Assembly: GCA_016936235.1 (NCBI GenBank)
Contig: JAFGPK010000020.1
Span: 8,413 to 72,412, forward strand
Origin: Candidatus Fermentibacteraceae bacterium
GTDB taxonomy: Bacteria > Fermentibacterota > Fermentibacteria > Fermentibacterales > JCC-6
Direction: 5' to 3'
Length of the DNA: 64,000 nucleotides
Part shown: positions 54,524-63,453 of the stretch, one piece after another
Layout of the letters: each line of letters opens with the position of its first letter
Position numbering within the stretch: the stretch's first letter is position 1
The notes under the pieces: model-generated
Database searches by the model: none
What the model was told of the DNA's origin: nothing
The model's input: the letters and a program-made list of their open reading frames with translations, nothing else
Translations under genes and position numbers: made by a program

Positions 54524-55569
54524 GCATTGTCCTCCAGTATCCATGAAAGCTCTCCCCAGACGACTCCCTGCTCCACATTCGAGCTGATTATCCGATCGAT
54601 GAGCAGTGCCTCGAACCCCCTGCCCCGGTATGCCTTCCTGACCCCCAGGAGCAGCACCCTGCTCCGGTCCATCCTGACCTTGAAGAACGGGACCTTCATT
54701 GCCAGCAGTAACTTGAACAGACTCCCGCCCGCCTTCTTCATCGCCTGATTCGCATCGGGGATGGAAACCGCGAAGGCAACGGGCTGCCCGTCCACTTCGA
54801 GTATGGGGGCCATGCTGGGCACCATTATCATCTTGAGCTCGTCGGCCATCCGGTCGAGTTCTTCCTTGGTCATGGGGACGAAGCCCCAGTTGTCCTGCCA
54901 GCACTCATTGTAGATGTCCATTATGAGAGGCACTTCCAGGTGGATGTTTCTGACGGAGATGTCCCTCAGGACAGCGTTGCTCCTCTTCTTCACCAGTTCC
55001 GCCACCCTGGCCATACGCGATTCCGCGGCAAGCGAGGAAAACAGCTTGTAAGCGAACAGGTCCCTCACCTTGACGTAGCCGCAGGCATCCATCAGGTCGG
55101 GGTACCAGGGCGGATTGTAGGTCATCATTATCAGCGGGTTTCCGTCGAAGCCCTTGACCAGCATCCCGCATTCCTCGTTGGTGGAGAAGTTCATGGGTCC
55201 CCTGATCCTTGACATCCCGGCACTCCTGAGGGTCTCCTCGCACCTCTCCATGAGTGCCGAAGCCAGTTCAGGGTCGTTCTCCAGCTCTAAAAAACCGAAG
55301 AAACCCGTTCTTTCGCCATGGTATTCATTATGGGCACGGTTCACGATGGAAGCGGCCCTGCCCACGACCCTGCCGCTGTCGCCGCGGGCCAGGAAGTACT
55401 CCACCTCGGCGTGCCTGTGGAAGGGGTGCTTCTCCCTGTCCAGCAGCTCCCTCTGGAAGTACCTGACCGGAGGGACCCAGTTCGGATCGCCGGAGTACAG
55501 CCTGAAGGGAAGGTCTATGAACTGCCGCAGCTGACCCCTGTTCTCTACTCTCTCGACTGAAAAAGGCAT
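54445..55569 (-). CDS. GNAT-fold-like N-acyltransferase candidate (possible bacterial ceramide synthase-type enzyme)
   Basis: 374 aa. Two-lobed acyltransferase-like pattern with C-terminal LLGVRKAYRGRGFEALLI (GNAT motif A-like R-x-x-G-x-G/A). 13 nt downstream of the Spt-like gene. Confidence 0.7.
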   Translation of the reverse strand: MPFSVERVENRGQLRQFIDLPFRLYSGDPNWVPPVRYFQRELLDREKHPFHRHAEVEYFLARGDSGRVVGRAASIVNRAHNEYHGERTGFFGFLELENDPELASALMERCEETLRSAGMSRIRGPMNFSTNEECGMLVKGFDGNPLIMMTYNPPWYPDLMDACGYVKVRDLFAYKLFSSLAAESRMARVAELVKKRSNAVLRDISVRNIHLEVPLIMDIYNECWQDNWGFVPMTKEELDRMADELKMIMVPSMAPILEVDGQPVAFAVSIPDANQAMKKAGGSLFKLLLAMKVPFFKVRMDRSRVLLLGVRKAYRGRGFEALLIDRIISSNVEQGVVWGELSWILEDNASMRKILERDLKAEQYRTYRIYEKDL

Positions 55570-55582
55570 CGGACCTCCAGGA

Positions 55583-56776
55583 TCATATTATGCCCAGTGC
55601 TTTGCCGCACTTCTCGAAGGTCTCCAGGGCCCTGTCGATCATGGCGTCGGTATGGGTCGCCATGTAACTCGTCCTGAGCATCTCTCCTCCGCTGGCCACG
55701 GCGGGACTCACGACCGGATTCGTGAACACCCCCTCCTGATAGAGGCTCTTCCAGAAGAGAAGTGTCTGGACCTCGTCACCTACTATGATGGGGACGATGG
55801 GAGCCTCTGAATTCCCGACATTGTAACCCATGGAGGCCAATCCCTGCCTTGCCCTCTCAGCTGCACTGTGAGATCTTGATACCAGCTCCGGCTCCTGCTC
55901 GAGAACGTCCAGCGCCGCGATGACAGTCGCAACGGCTGCGGGTGGCAGGCTGGCCGAGAATATCATGGTCCTGGCGGTGTGCTTGATGTACTCCATAACC
56001 CTGGCCGGCCCTGCCGCGAATCCCCCCACACAGGCGAAGGACTTGCTGAAGGTTCCCACCAGTATATCCACATCCTCGTGGCACCCGAAATGCTCCGCGG
56101 TGCCCCTTCCCCTGGGACCCATGGCCCCCACCCCGTGTGCGTCGTCAACTATGAGGCGGACACCGAACTCCTTGCTTATCTCCACAAGACCGGGGATGTC
56201 TGCCAGGTCGCCCTCCATGCTGAATACGCCGTCGGTGACGATCACCCCCGGGTGCTTGCGGTTGTTCTCCAGCATGTACCGCAGGTGCTCGTGGTCGTTG
56301 TGCCTGTACTTCAGGACCCTGCCATAGCTCATCCTGGACCCGTCAATGATGGATGCATGGTCAAGCCTGTCGAGGTAGATAATGTCGTTCCGCCCCGCGA
56401 TGGTTGAAATAACCCCCATATTGGACTGAAAACCGGTGCTGAACGTTATGGCCATCTCCTTGTCCAGGAATTCGGCCAGTCTCCTCTCAAGCTCGATGTG
56501 AAGGTCCAGTGTTCCATTGAGAAAACGGCTCCCGGTGCAACCTGTACCGTACTTGTCTATGGCGTCCTTGGCGCTTTCCATTACCCTGGGGTGATCGGTG
56601 AGACCAAGGTAGTTGTTCGAGCCCAGCATTATGATGCTGTGGCCCTCTATCTTCATCTCGGCCCCCACATGACCGCTCAGCGGAATGAAATAGGGGTAAA
56701 GGCCGGACTTCTTGACCTGTTCCAGCCTCTCGTAATCGAAGCATTTCTGAAAGACATCGTTCTCTGTAAGGTTCAT
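55583..56776 (-). CDS. spt: alpha-oxoamine synthase, serine palmitoyltransferase-like
   Basis: PLP lysine in GTFSKSFA, DDAHGVG, and N-terminal FQKCFDY...GLYPYF typical of bacterial Spt. ATG 56776 (AAGGTG upstream) is preferred; the ORF opens at 56806. Confidence 0.82.
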   Translation of the reverse strand: MNLTENDVFQKCFDYERLEQVKKSGLYPYFIPLSGHVGAEMKIEGHSIIMLGSNNYLGLTDHPRVMESAKDAIDKYGTGCTGSRFLNGTLDLHIELERRLAEFLDKEMAITFSTGFQSNMGVISTIAGRNDIIYLDRLDHASIIDGSRMSYGRVLKYRHNDHEHLRYMLENNRKHPGVIVTDGVFSMEGDLADIPGLVEISKEFGVRLIVDDAHGVGAMGPRGRGTAEHFGCHEDVDILVGTFSKSFACVGGFAAGPARVMEYIKHTARTMIFSASLPPAAVATVIAALDVLEQEPELVSRSHSAAERARQGLASMGYNVGNSEAPIVPIIVGDEVQTLLFWKSLYQEGVFTNPVVSPAVASGGEMLRTSYMATHTDAMIDRALETFEKCGKALGII

Positions 56777-56866
56777 ACTGCACCTTGTCATTAAGGGAAT
56801 CAACATGTAGCATTGCGCAGGAAGTTAATCAGGATACCCTCTGAAGTCAACGGATTCCGGTGAAAT

Positions 56867-57799
56867 ATGAACAGGTCGGTGCTGACCGGAGCCTCCGGTT
56901 TCCTGGGCAGTCACGTAGCTGAGATACTCCTGGCGGAAGGCCGGCCGGTAATGGCGCTGCTCCGCCCCTCCTCCTCCACGGAGAACGTCCCGCCTGGCTG
57001 CCTGACGGCCAGGGTGGATTTCATGGACCCCTCTTCAATGGAGGAGCCCCTGGCCGGAGCGGATGTGATAATCCACTGCGCCGGAGCCACAAGCGCGGGG
57101 AGCCAGGAGGAGTTCGACAGGGCCAATGCGCTGGTGACGGCGAACCTCCTGTCGGCCGGAAAGGCCGCCGCCCCGGGCGCCCTCTTCATCTTCATCTCCA
57201 GTCAGGCGGCTTCGGGGCCTTCGGGTTGCGGTCCCGTTACTGCATACGGCAGGAGCAAGCTGCTGGGTGAGTTCGCCGTCAGGGATTCCCGGAACTGGAT
57301 AATCCTGCGGCCTCCGGCTATTTTCGGCCCCCGCGACCCGGCCTCTGCCCCGGTCATGAGAATGGCCCTGAGGGGTCTCTTCGTCTCACCCTGGCTGAAC
57401 GGGGGAGGGTTCGGCCTTGTGTACGCCGAGGACCTGGCCAGGCTGATAGCTTCCCTTCCCGGATTCCCCGGGGCCGTTGGGCAGACCCTTTCGCCCTCCT
57501 ACGGAAGGCTGTTCTCATGGAAGGATTTCCACCATGTGCTGGAGGATGCTTCGGGAAGGCGGATACTCCATGTGAGAGTGCCTCCGTTCCTGGTCCGCAC
57601 TGCGGGTTTCATGTCGGAGGCCCTGGCGTCCTTCTCCGGCAGGACGCCCTTCTTCTGCATGGACAAGTGCAGGGAGCTGCTTGCGCGGGAGTGGGACCTG
57701 GAGGACGGCCTCACCCGCAGGCTGACGGGATGGGAACCCTCCATGACGGTGGAGGAGGCTATGAGAAGCACCTTCCGGTACTACGCGGAAAAGGGCTGA
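56867..57799 (+). CDS. NAD(P)-dependent epimerase/dehydratase-family (extended SDR) reductase
   Basis: 310 aa. LTGASGFLGSH Rossmann motif and YGRSK (YxxxK). Divergent from the Spt-like gene. Confidence 0.82.
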   Translation: MNRSVLTGASGFLGSHVAEILLAEGRPVMALLRPSSSTENVPPGCLTARVDFMDPSSMEEPLAGADVIIHCAGATSAGSQEEFDRANALVTANLLSAGKAAAPGALFIFISSQAASGPSGCGPVTAYGRSKLLGEFAVRDSRNWIILRPPAIFGPRDPASAPVMRMALRGLFVSPWLNGGGFGLVYAEDLARLIASLPGFPGAVGQTLSPSYGRLFSWKDFHHVLEDASGRRILHVRVPPFLVRTAGFMSEALASFSGRTPFFCMDKCRELLAREWDLEDGLTRRLTGWEPSMTVEEAMRSTFRYYAEKG

Positions 57800-57821
57800 T
57801 ACCTGCCGGATGACCGAAATC

Positions 57822-58523
57822 CTAAAGGTGTAACAGCTTTCGAATCTCCTCGCGTCTCACCCTGAACCACCTGCGTAGATAGAACATCAGCAGGACGAGC
57901 AGCATCATGCATCCGAATGTCACCGCAGACCAGCTTAGGAACCAGCGGTGGGCGAAGTAGCTGTTGATAAGCAGCTCGAGTCCCACTGCCAGAACACCGG
58001 AAGCCACAATTGCGGCGATTACGCTGCTGAAGGTAGATAGAACGAGTTTCCTTGCGGTGACAAGAGTCAGCACAGGAATAGTCACTGTCAGCAGTATCAC
58101 AGGAAGAGCAAGAGGAACGAACCAGGCCGGTCCCGGTGTGAACAGGTCCAGCAGGAAGAGGAACAGGCAGACGGCTGCTATCTGTGCCGGGAGGTACACC
58201 CATGCGCGGTGTGAGAAGAGTACCGCCATATGAACGGAAAGCCACAGTAACGCGATGAATATCAACGGATAGCGAGCCCAGGTGATGGACATGTCTGAGG
58301 CGAGGTCAATTGCCAGGACCACGACGGCGCCCGTGGCTGCGATGAGAGACAGGATTTCCAGTGCCCATCGCCGGATGCTCCGCCCGGCCTCCTTCGGTTT
58401 GCGCGGGGAAGGCGCCGGTTCCTCCTTATCACCTTCGGTCCATGGCGGGATTGCATTGCGGCACAGGGGACAGAAGCGTGAATCCTCCTCCACCTCGACC
58501 TTGCAGAACTCGCAGATTTTCAT
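57822..58523 (-). CDS. zinc-ribbon polytopic membrane protein
   Basis: 233 aa. CEFC-x10-CPLC ribbon at the N-terminus, then ~6 TM helices. ATGA overlap with the upstream acyltransferase stop. Confidence 0.7.
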   Translation of the reverse strand: MKICEFCKVEVEEDSRFCPLCRNAIPPWTEGDKEEPAPSPRKPKEAGRSIRRWALEILSLIAATGAVVVLAIDLASDMSITWARYPLIFIALLWLSVHMAVLFSHRAWVYLPAQIAAVCLFLFLLDLFTPGPAWFVPLALPVILLTVTIPVLTLVTARKLVLSTFSSVIAAIVASGVLAVGLELLINSYFAHRWFLSWSAVTFGCMMLLVLLMFYLRRWFRVRREEIRKLLHL

Positions 58524-59830
58524 AGATCACTGTTCCTTTCGGAAACTCGCACTTGTACTCCCTCACCCGCAATATGCGAGAAGAACAGCCTCTCCGTCTC
58601 CCGGCTCTCGATCACACTTCCGAAGTTGATACTGAGATCGTTCTGAAAGCTGAGTATGGCGCAGCTGCACTTCATCCACGGGTTCGGGCCCAGCATGAGT
58701 CCGAACTCACTGACATGAGGGAGAATCTCCTCCGGCACATCGATTCGCCCGATATTGGTGAGCACACCGGAATAGAGCCTTTCTCCCAGCCATTTTCGAA
58801 TGAACAGGAGCAATCGGTCCTTGAGGTATAGAGGCATGATCCGAATGAATGGATTTCGCTGGGCGCGAACATTGCGCGAGACCTGGCGGCTAAGTTCCCT
58901 TCCATCTACTTGAAGGGTCATGCTGTGATGCACCCTCTTGACTATGGCGTCGAAGCTGTAGGCGCCCAGTCTCAGGTCTATCTCCGGAGACGCGTAAAGG
59001 GAGAAGTTGCGCATGGTCAGCGAGGGATAGAACCGGCGCATATCGACAGGCACCTCTATGCGCAGAATCCCTCTTCCTGATCCGTCGTCCGCAGCGGACG
59101 CCCTGACCTGCGCCAGCGAGTACATGTACACAGCAACCAGATACTCGGTAAGACTGACCCCGTGATCTCTTGAGAGGACCAGCATTTCGTCGACGGGCAT
59201 TCTTCCGGTTATGACGCGGTAAAAGGACCGGGGCGGGTCGGGAAGGTGATAGGCGGGAGACAGTCTCTGCGGTCCTGGTAGATCCCTGTCGAAGTATTTG
59301 CTGTAGGCATCTTCGAATTCGGCCTGAGAGAATGGCTCTTCCGGATCGAAAAAAGGTTTCCAGCCTGTTATGTGGACGCCCCTCTGACGAAGATACTGAG
59401 TCACCAGGGTTCCGATGAAGCGTACCGCTCCCGTGCCGTCAGTAAGCACATGCGAGAAATCAACGGCTATTGTATTACCGCCTGCCTGCACACGCAGCAG
59501 ATGCGCGCTTCCCGTCGGTCCTGGCATCACCGAGACCGGAACCGTACTCAGGGGACGCAGCTCGGGGATGTCATCGTCGCGTTGAAGGTAATACCAGAAC
59601 AGACCTCGCTGGAGATGTACCTGAAAGTAGGGGAATCTGGGAAAAACCTTCCGAAGAGCCTGCTGCAGAGCGGAAACTCGAACGGGCTCCTTAAGCGTCA
59701 CCGAGAGCCGGTACACATCGGGAGACCACTCCGAGAATGCCGCCGGGTAGATCTGGGCCGCATTGTCCAGCGTTAGCCAATCCCGCTGATGATCAACGCC
59801 CTGTTCTTCCCTGATATCATCCATGACCAT
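58520..59830 (-). CDS. HxxxDG-motif acyltransferase (condensation / alcohol-acyltransferase / WS-DGAT superfamily)
   Basis: 436 aa. IAVDFSHVLTDGTGAVRF contains the HxxxDG catalytic motif at about one third of the length, as in this superfamily. Confidence 0.72.
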   Translation of the reverse strand: MVMDDIREEQGVDHQRDWLTLDNAAQIYPAAFSEWSPDVYRLSVTLKEPVRVSALQQALRKVFPRFPYFQVHLQRGLFWYYLQRDDDIPELRPLSTVPVSVMPGPTGSAHLLRVQAGGNTIAVDFSHVLTDGTGAVRFIGTLVTQYLRQRGVHITGWKPFFDPEEPFSQAEFEDAYSKYFDRDLPGPQRLSPAYHLPDPPRSFYRVITGRMPVDEMLVLSRDHGVSLTEYLVAVYMYSLAQVRASAADDGSGRGILRIEVPVDMRRFYPSLTMRNFSLYASPEIDLRLGAYSFDAIVKRVHHSMTLQVDGRELSRQVSRNVRAQRNPFIRIMPLYLKDRLLLFIRKWLGERLYSGVLTNIGRIDVPEEILPHVSEFGLMLGPNPWMKCSCAILSFQNDLSINFGSVIESRETERLFFSHIAGEGVQVRVSERNSDL

Positions 59831-60464
59831 GGATTATCTCCAGCAAGGGGTCCCGTCCGAGAACGAAAAAGTACAGACAGGTGCCGAACAGGCCGTGGAA
59901 TATACCCAGCGCCCAGAGATTACGGGTGCGAAAGTAAACCGAAGTGGTTACCAGGGCAAGACAGAACGAGGCTCCGACCAGCAGTGGAGATGAAGCATGA
60001 GCCAGGGCGAATACGAAAGCCGTGAGGAGAACGATCACGGGCTCCGGGAACCGGCCGTACTCCCTGATATTGCCCGCTATCAGAGCGACAACGAGGTACT
60101 GCTGGACCAGACCCCAGATGGGATAGAGCAGAAGGACCAGCAACATATGCCAATGAAGCACCATGCTGCCGGTGAACTTCCCGTAGGCTGCAGATCCCAG
60201 GACCGACAGAAGCATGAAGGGTGACAGAAGCACTATACTCCGGCCGAACCTTCGTTTCGTGAATCCCCATTCAGCGAGAACCGATCTATCCGCGGCCGCT
60301 CGAACCGCAACGAAACCTGTCCAGAAGAGACAGGCTGCCACTACATATACCAGCTGCAGATTCAGCCATTCGGCCAGCAGAATGTTGCCCAGTCCGGTCA
60401 GGAGGACGAAGGCGATCTCCCACCTTGAATCAGTCCTACCGGTCTTTATCAACCCCGCCAGCAT
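59817..60464 (-). CDS. CPBP/Abi-like intramembrane protein, possibly degenerate
   Basis: 215 aa, ~6 TM. FALAHA (FxxxH) and IFHGLFG (Hxxx motif) are present. The expected EExxxR appears as WGLVQQYLV. 14-nt overlap with the downstream acyltransferase. Confidence 0.65.
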   Translation of the reverse strand: MLAGLIKTGRTDSRWEIAFVLLTGLGNILLAEWLNLQLVYVVAACLFWTGFVAVRAAADRSVLAEWGFTKRRFGRSIVLLSPFMLLSVLGSAAYGKFTGSMVLHWHMLLVLLLYPIWGLVQQYLVVALIAGNIREYGRFPEPVIVLLTAFVFALAHASSPLLVGASFCLALVTTSVYFRTRNLWALGIFHGLFGTCLYFFVLGRDPLLEIIHGHG

Positions 60465-60718
60465 GTACTCCCAACGATGATCACCGTTCCACCTATTTAA
60501 TGTTTCATACCTTAAAGTGATAACTCCTGATGTCCTGACCGGTCAATGCTTGACGGCGGCAGCAGGTGGATTTCCGGTTTCGCAGGGGAGGTCTCTCCGG
60601 ATGCGGAGTCAATCGCAGTATTGCGGAAATCCTTCCGGTACTGCGCTTGAAAAAGTGCTGAAACCTGCCTCAAGACCGCATGAAGAAGAACAGGACCGAT
60701 CTCATCGATGGGACCCCG

Positions 60719-61210
60719 CTACCGCTTGTAGCCTATTCTCTTGAGGAGCTCAACCCTGTTCTCGATGTCCTCCTCTATCTCCACAGCCAGTGGAGGCTCG
60801 CCGTCTATGACGCCCATCACGCCCCCTCCCTGATCCGTCCTGCCCACGATGACCTGTACGGGATTGGCCGAGGCGCAGTATATCCTGCAGACCTCCGGGA
60901 CGGCCTTCACCTGGTTCAGCACCTGTATGGGGAATACGCCGCTGAGCACTATCATGAAGGTATGGCCGCAGCCCAGCCGCAGCAGGTTCCTCTCGGCCAC
61001 CGCCCTCAGCTCGGCAACGGTGCCGTCGCTCCTCACCAGCCTGGGACCGGACGCCTCGGAGAAGGCCAGACCGAACTCCGCTCCGGGGACGGTGCCGGCT
61101 ACGGCCTCGTAAAGGTCTTCCACCGTCTTGATGAAATGGGACTGCCCGAAGATGATGTTGCAACCCTCGGGGAAATCAAGGTCGACGATATCGATGACCG
61201 GTTCATCCAT
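60719..61210 (-). CDS. adenosine-specific kinase-like protein (DUF355 family)
   Basis: 163 aa. GQSHFIKTVEDL and IYCASANPVQV pattern remembered from the PF04008 family. Confidence 0.7.
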   Translation of the reverse strand: MDEPVIDIVDLDFPEGCNIIFGQSHFIKTVEDLYEAVAGTVPGAEFGLAFSEASGPRLVRSDGTVAELRAVAERNLLRLGCGHTFMIVLSGVFPIQVLNQVKAVPEVCRIYCASANPVQVIVGRTDQGGGVMGVIDGEPPLAVEIEEDIENRVELLKRIGYKR

Positions 61211-61250
61211 ACCAGCGAAACCTCCCTTCGATCTGTTACTGGAGCAGGCT

Positions 61251-62699
61251 TCAGTACCTCTTTCTCTTCCCTGCTGTCGGGATGTTCATCTCGGTCCTGT
61301 AGTTGGCCACCGTCCTCCTCTTCACTTCTATCCCGGCCGAATCCAGCGCCTCCACCAGCCGGGCGTCCGAGAGGGGCTTCCTCTTGTCCTCGTTATCGAT
61401 GATCTTCCTGAGTTCGTCCTTCACCGCCCTGCTGGATATCTCGCCGGACTCCCCGGGCATGGCGCGGCTGAAAAAGAAGCGCATCTCATGAATACCCTGA
61501 GGGGACTGCACGTACTTACCGTTGATGGCCCTGCTTATGGTGGACTGGTTGTATCCCAGGGCGTCCGCCACCATCTGGAGCGTCAGCGGCCTCAGCCCCT
61601 CCAGCCCCATCTCGAAGAAGTCCCGCTGGTATTCCGCCAGGAAGCCGCCTATCCTGGTCACGGTCTCCTGACGCTGCCTGATTGCCTTTATGAACCAGGA
61701 TGCCTTCTGGAACTTCTTCTTCACGTACTCCTTCTCGGTATCGCTGCTGCCGGGGGATTCCAATATCATCCTGTTCCTGTCGGATATCATGAGATAGGGA
61801 AACCTGCTGTCGTTCAGCACCGCTTCGAAGTGGCCTTCGATCTCCACTATTATGATGTCGGGTATCACGGCGGAGTTGGCGGAGGCTGAGAACTCGTTGC
61901 CGGGCCACGGGTTCAGGGCCGATATCCTGTCCACCGCCTCCTGGACCTTGTGGGGGGAGACACCCTCAGCCGCAGCTATGGCCTTGATCTTTCTCTCCGC
62001 AAGTTCGCTGAAATGGTTTGACACGATCCTGTACTCGAGGCTGTCGGGAGTGTAGCCCAGCTTCTCCAGCTGCATCTCCAGAGCGCCGGAGGCGCTGAAG
62101 GCTCCCACACCGGTGGGCTCAAGGGAGCGGACAATGTCGAGGGCCCTGCCGAGAAGATCGGCATCTCCCTCCCAGCCGGCTTCCAGCTCGAAGATGGGAA
62201 GGGACAGGAGACCGTGGCCGTCAAGGGAATAGACCAGATATACCACGGCCTCTTCCAGATCCCTCGGCAGGAAGAGCGACCAGACCTGGTCGAGAAGGTG
62301 CTCGTACAGGGTAGGCTCGTTGGGAGGTTCCGGCATCCACGGCTCATCATCGTCTCTGTAGGGGCCGGTGTACCCGTCTCCCGAATGCTCGTCCAGCTTC
62401 CTCAGGATGTCCAGGGTGTCTTCCTCCCTGCTGTCGCTCCTGGAGGGTTCCTCCCCCCACTCCTCGCCTCCCCTTTCCCCGTATTCCTCATCAGAGGAGC
62501 CTTCCCTGGCCTCCACAGGGTTCTCATCCGGGCTTCGCTGCTCCAGGAGCGGATTCTCCTGGAGCTCCTGCCTTATGAGGTTCTCAAGGTCCATGGATGG
62601 CAGCTGCAGTATCTCAAGGGCCTGTTTGATCTTCTGGGTCAGGGCCAGCTTCTGGGTCTGGACCATCCTGAGGTTCTGGTTTAGCTTGAACTCCGGCAT
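61251..62699 (-). CDS. rpoN: RNA polymerase sigma-54 factor
   Basis: Region I LNQNLRMVQTQKLALTQ, acidic region II, and C-terminal RpoN box KRRTVANYRTEM. ATG 62699 lies 1 nt after the lptB stop. The ORF is open to 62756. Confidence 0.93.
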   Translation of the reverse strand: MPEFKLNQNLRMVQTQKLALTQKIKQALEILQLPSMDLENLIRQELQENPLLEQRSPDENPVEAREGSSDEEYGERGGEEWGEEPSRSDSREEDTLDILRKLDEHSGDGYTGPYRDDDEPWMPEPPNEPTLYEHLLDQVWSLFLPRDLEEAVVYLVYSLDGHGLLSLPIFELEAGWEGDADLLGRALDIVRSLEPTGVGAFSASGALEMQLEKLGYTPDSLEYRIVSNHFSELAERKIKAIAAAEGVSPHKVQEAVDRISALNPWPGNEFSASANSAVIPDIIIVEIEGHFEAVLNDSRFPYLMISDRNRMILESPGSSDTEKEYVKKKFQKASWFIKAIRQRQETVTRIGGFLAEYQRDFFEMGLEGLRPLTLQMVADALGYNQSTISRAINGKYVQSPQGIHEMRFFFSRAMPGESGEISSRAVKDELRKIIDNEDKRKPLSDARLVEALDSAGIEVKRRTVANYRTEMNIPTAGKRKRY

Positions 62700-62700
62700 T

Positions 62701-63453
62701 CTACAGCCTGAACCTCTCTCCGAGATAGATCTTGCGCGCCTCCGGGTCCTCGGCAAGCTCCTGCGCCGACCCGGATATCAGTATTCTTCCATCGTACATT
62801 ATGTAGGCCCTGTCGGTTATCGCAAGTGTCTCCCTGACATTGTGGTCGGTTATGAGTATTCCCAGACCCCTTGCCCGCAGGTCCCTGATGATACCCTGGA
62901 TGTCGTCCACAGCTATGGGATCTATTCCCGCGAAGGGCTCGTCCAGCAGAAGGAATGCCGGGTCGGTCACCAGCGCCCTGGCTATCTCCACCCTCCTTCT
63001 CTCCCCGCCGGACAGGGTGAAAGCCTTCTGATCAGCCACTTTCTCTATGCCCAGATCAGACAGAAGCCTTGCCTGCCTCTCCTTTCTCTCCCTCCTGCGA
63101 AGTCCGGTGGTCTCCAGGATGCTCATGAGGTTGTCCGCCACGGTCATCTTCCTGAACACGCTGGACTCCTGCGGCAGGTACCCTATGCCAAGCCTGCAAC
63201 GCCGGTACATGGGAAGGTGGGTCAGCCTGATATCATCCATGAAGACATCGCCGGAGTCGGGTGTGATGAACCCGACTATCTGGTTGAAGGTCGTGGTCTT
63301 GCCTGCCCCGTTGGGGCCGAGCAGACCCACGGTCTCCCCCCTGCTGACCGTTACGGACACTCCGTTGACCACCGCCCTTTTCCGGTATTTCTTGACCAGG
63401 TCCTCTGTCCTCAGGACCCGCGGGCCCGGTGAGGCGGCCGTTCTCTCGCTCAA
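62701..63453 (-). CDS. lptB: LPS export ABC transporter ATP-binding protein
   Basis: 250 aa. Walker A GPNGAGKTT and signature LSGGERRRVEIARAL. Classical lptB-rpoN adjacency. Confidence 0.92.
   Translation of the reverse strand: MSERTAASPGPRVLRTEDLVKKYRKRAVVNGVSVTVSRGETVGLLGPNGAGKTTTFNQIVGFITPDSGDVFMDDIRLTHLPMYRRCRLGIGYLPQESSVFRKMTVADNLMSILETTGLRRRERKERQARLLSDLGIEKVADQKAFTLSGGERRRVEIARALVTDPAFLLLDEPFAGIDPIAVDDIQGIIRDLRARGLGILITDHNVRETLAITDRAYIMYDGRILISGSAQELAEDPEARKIYLGERFRL

Noticed and set aside
60465-60718. 254-nt intergenic region as a possible ncRNA or riboswitch, and the 75-aa ORF 60517-60744
   Set aside because: I could recognise no conserved riboswitch core, tRNA-like structure or strong hairpin. 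The ORF overlaps the end of the DUF355-like gene and has no SD or motif. The region most likely holds the promoter of the CPBP-acyltransferase operon.
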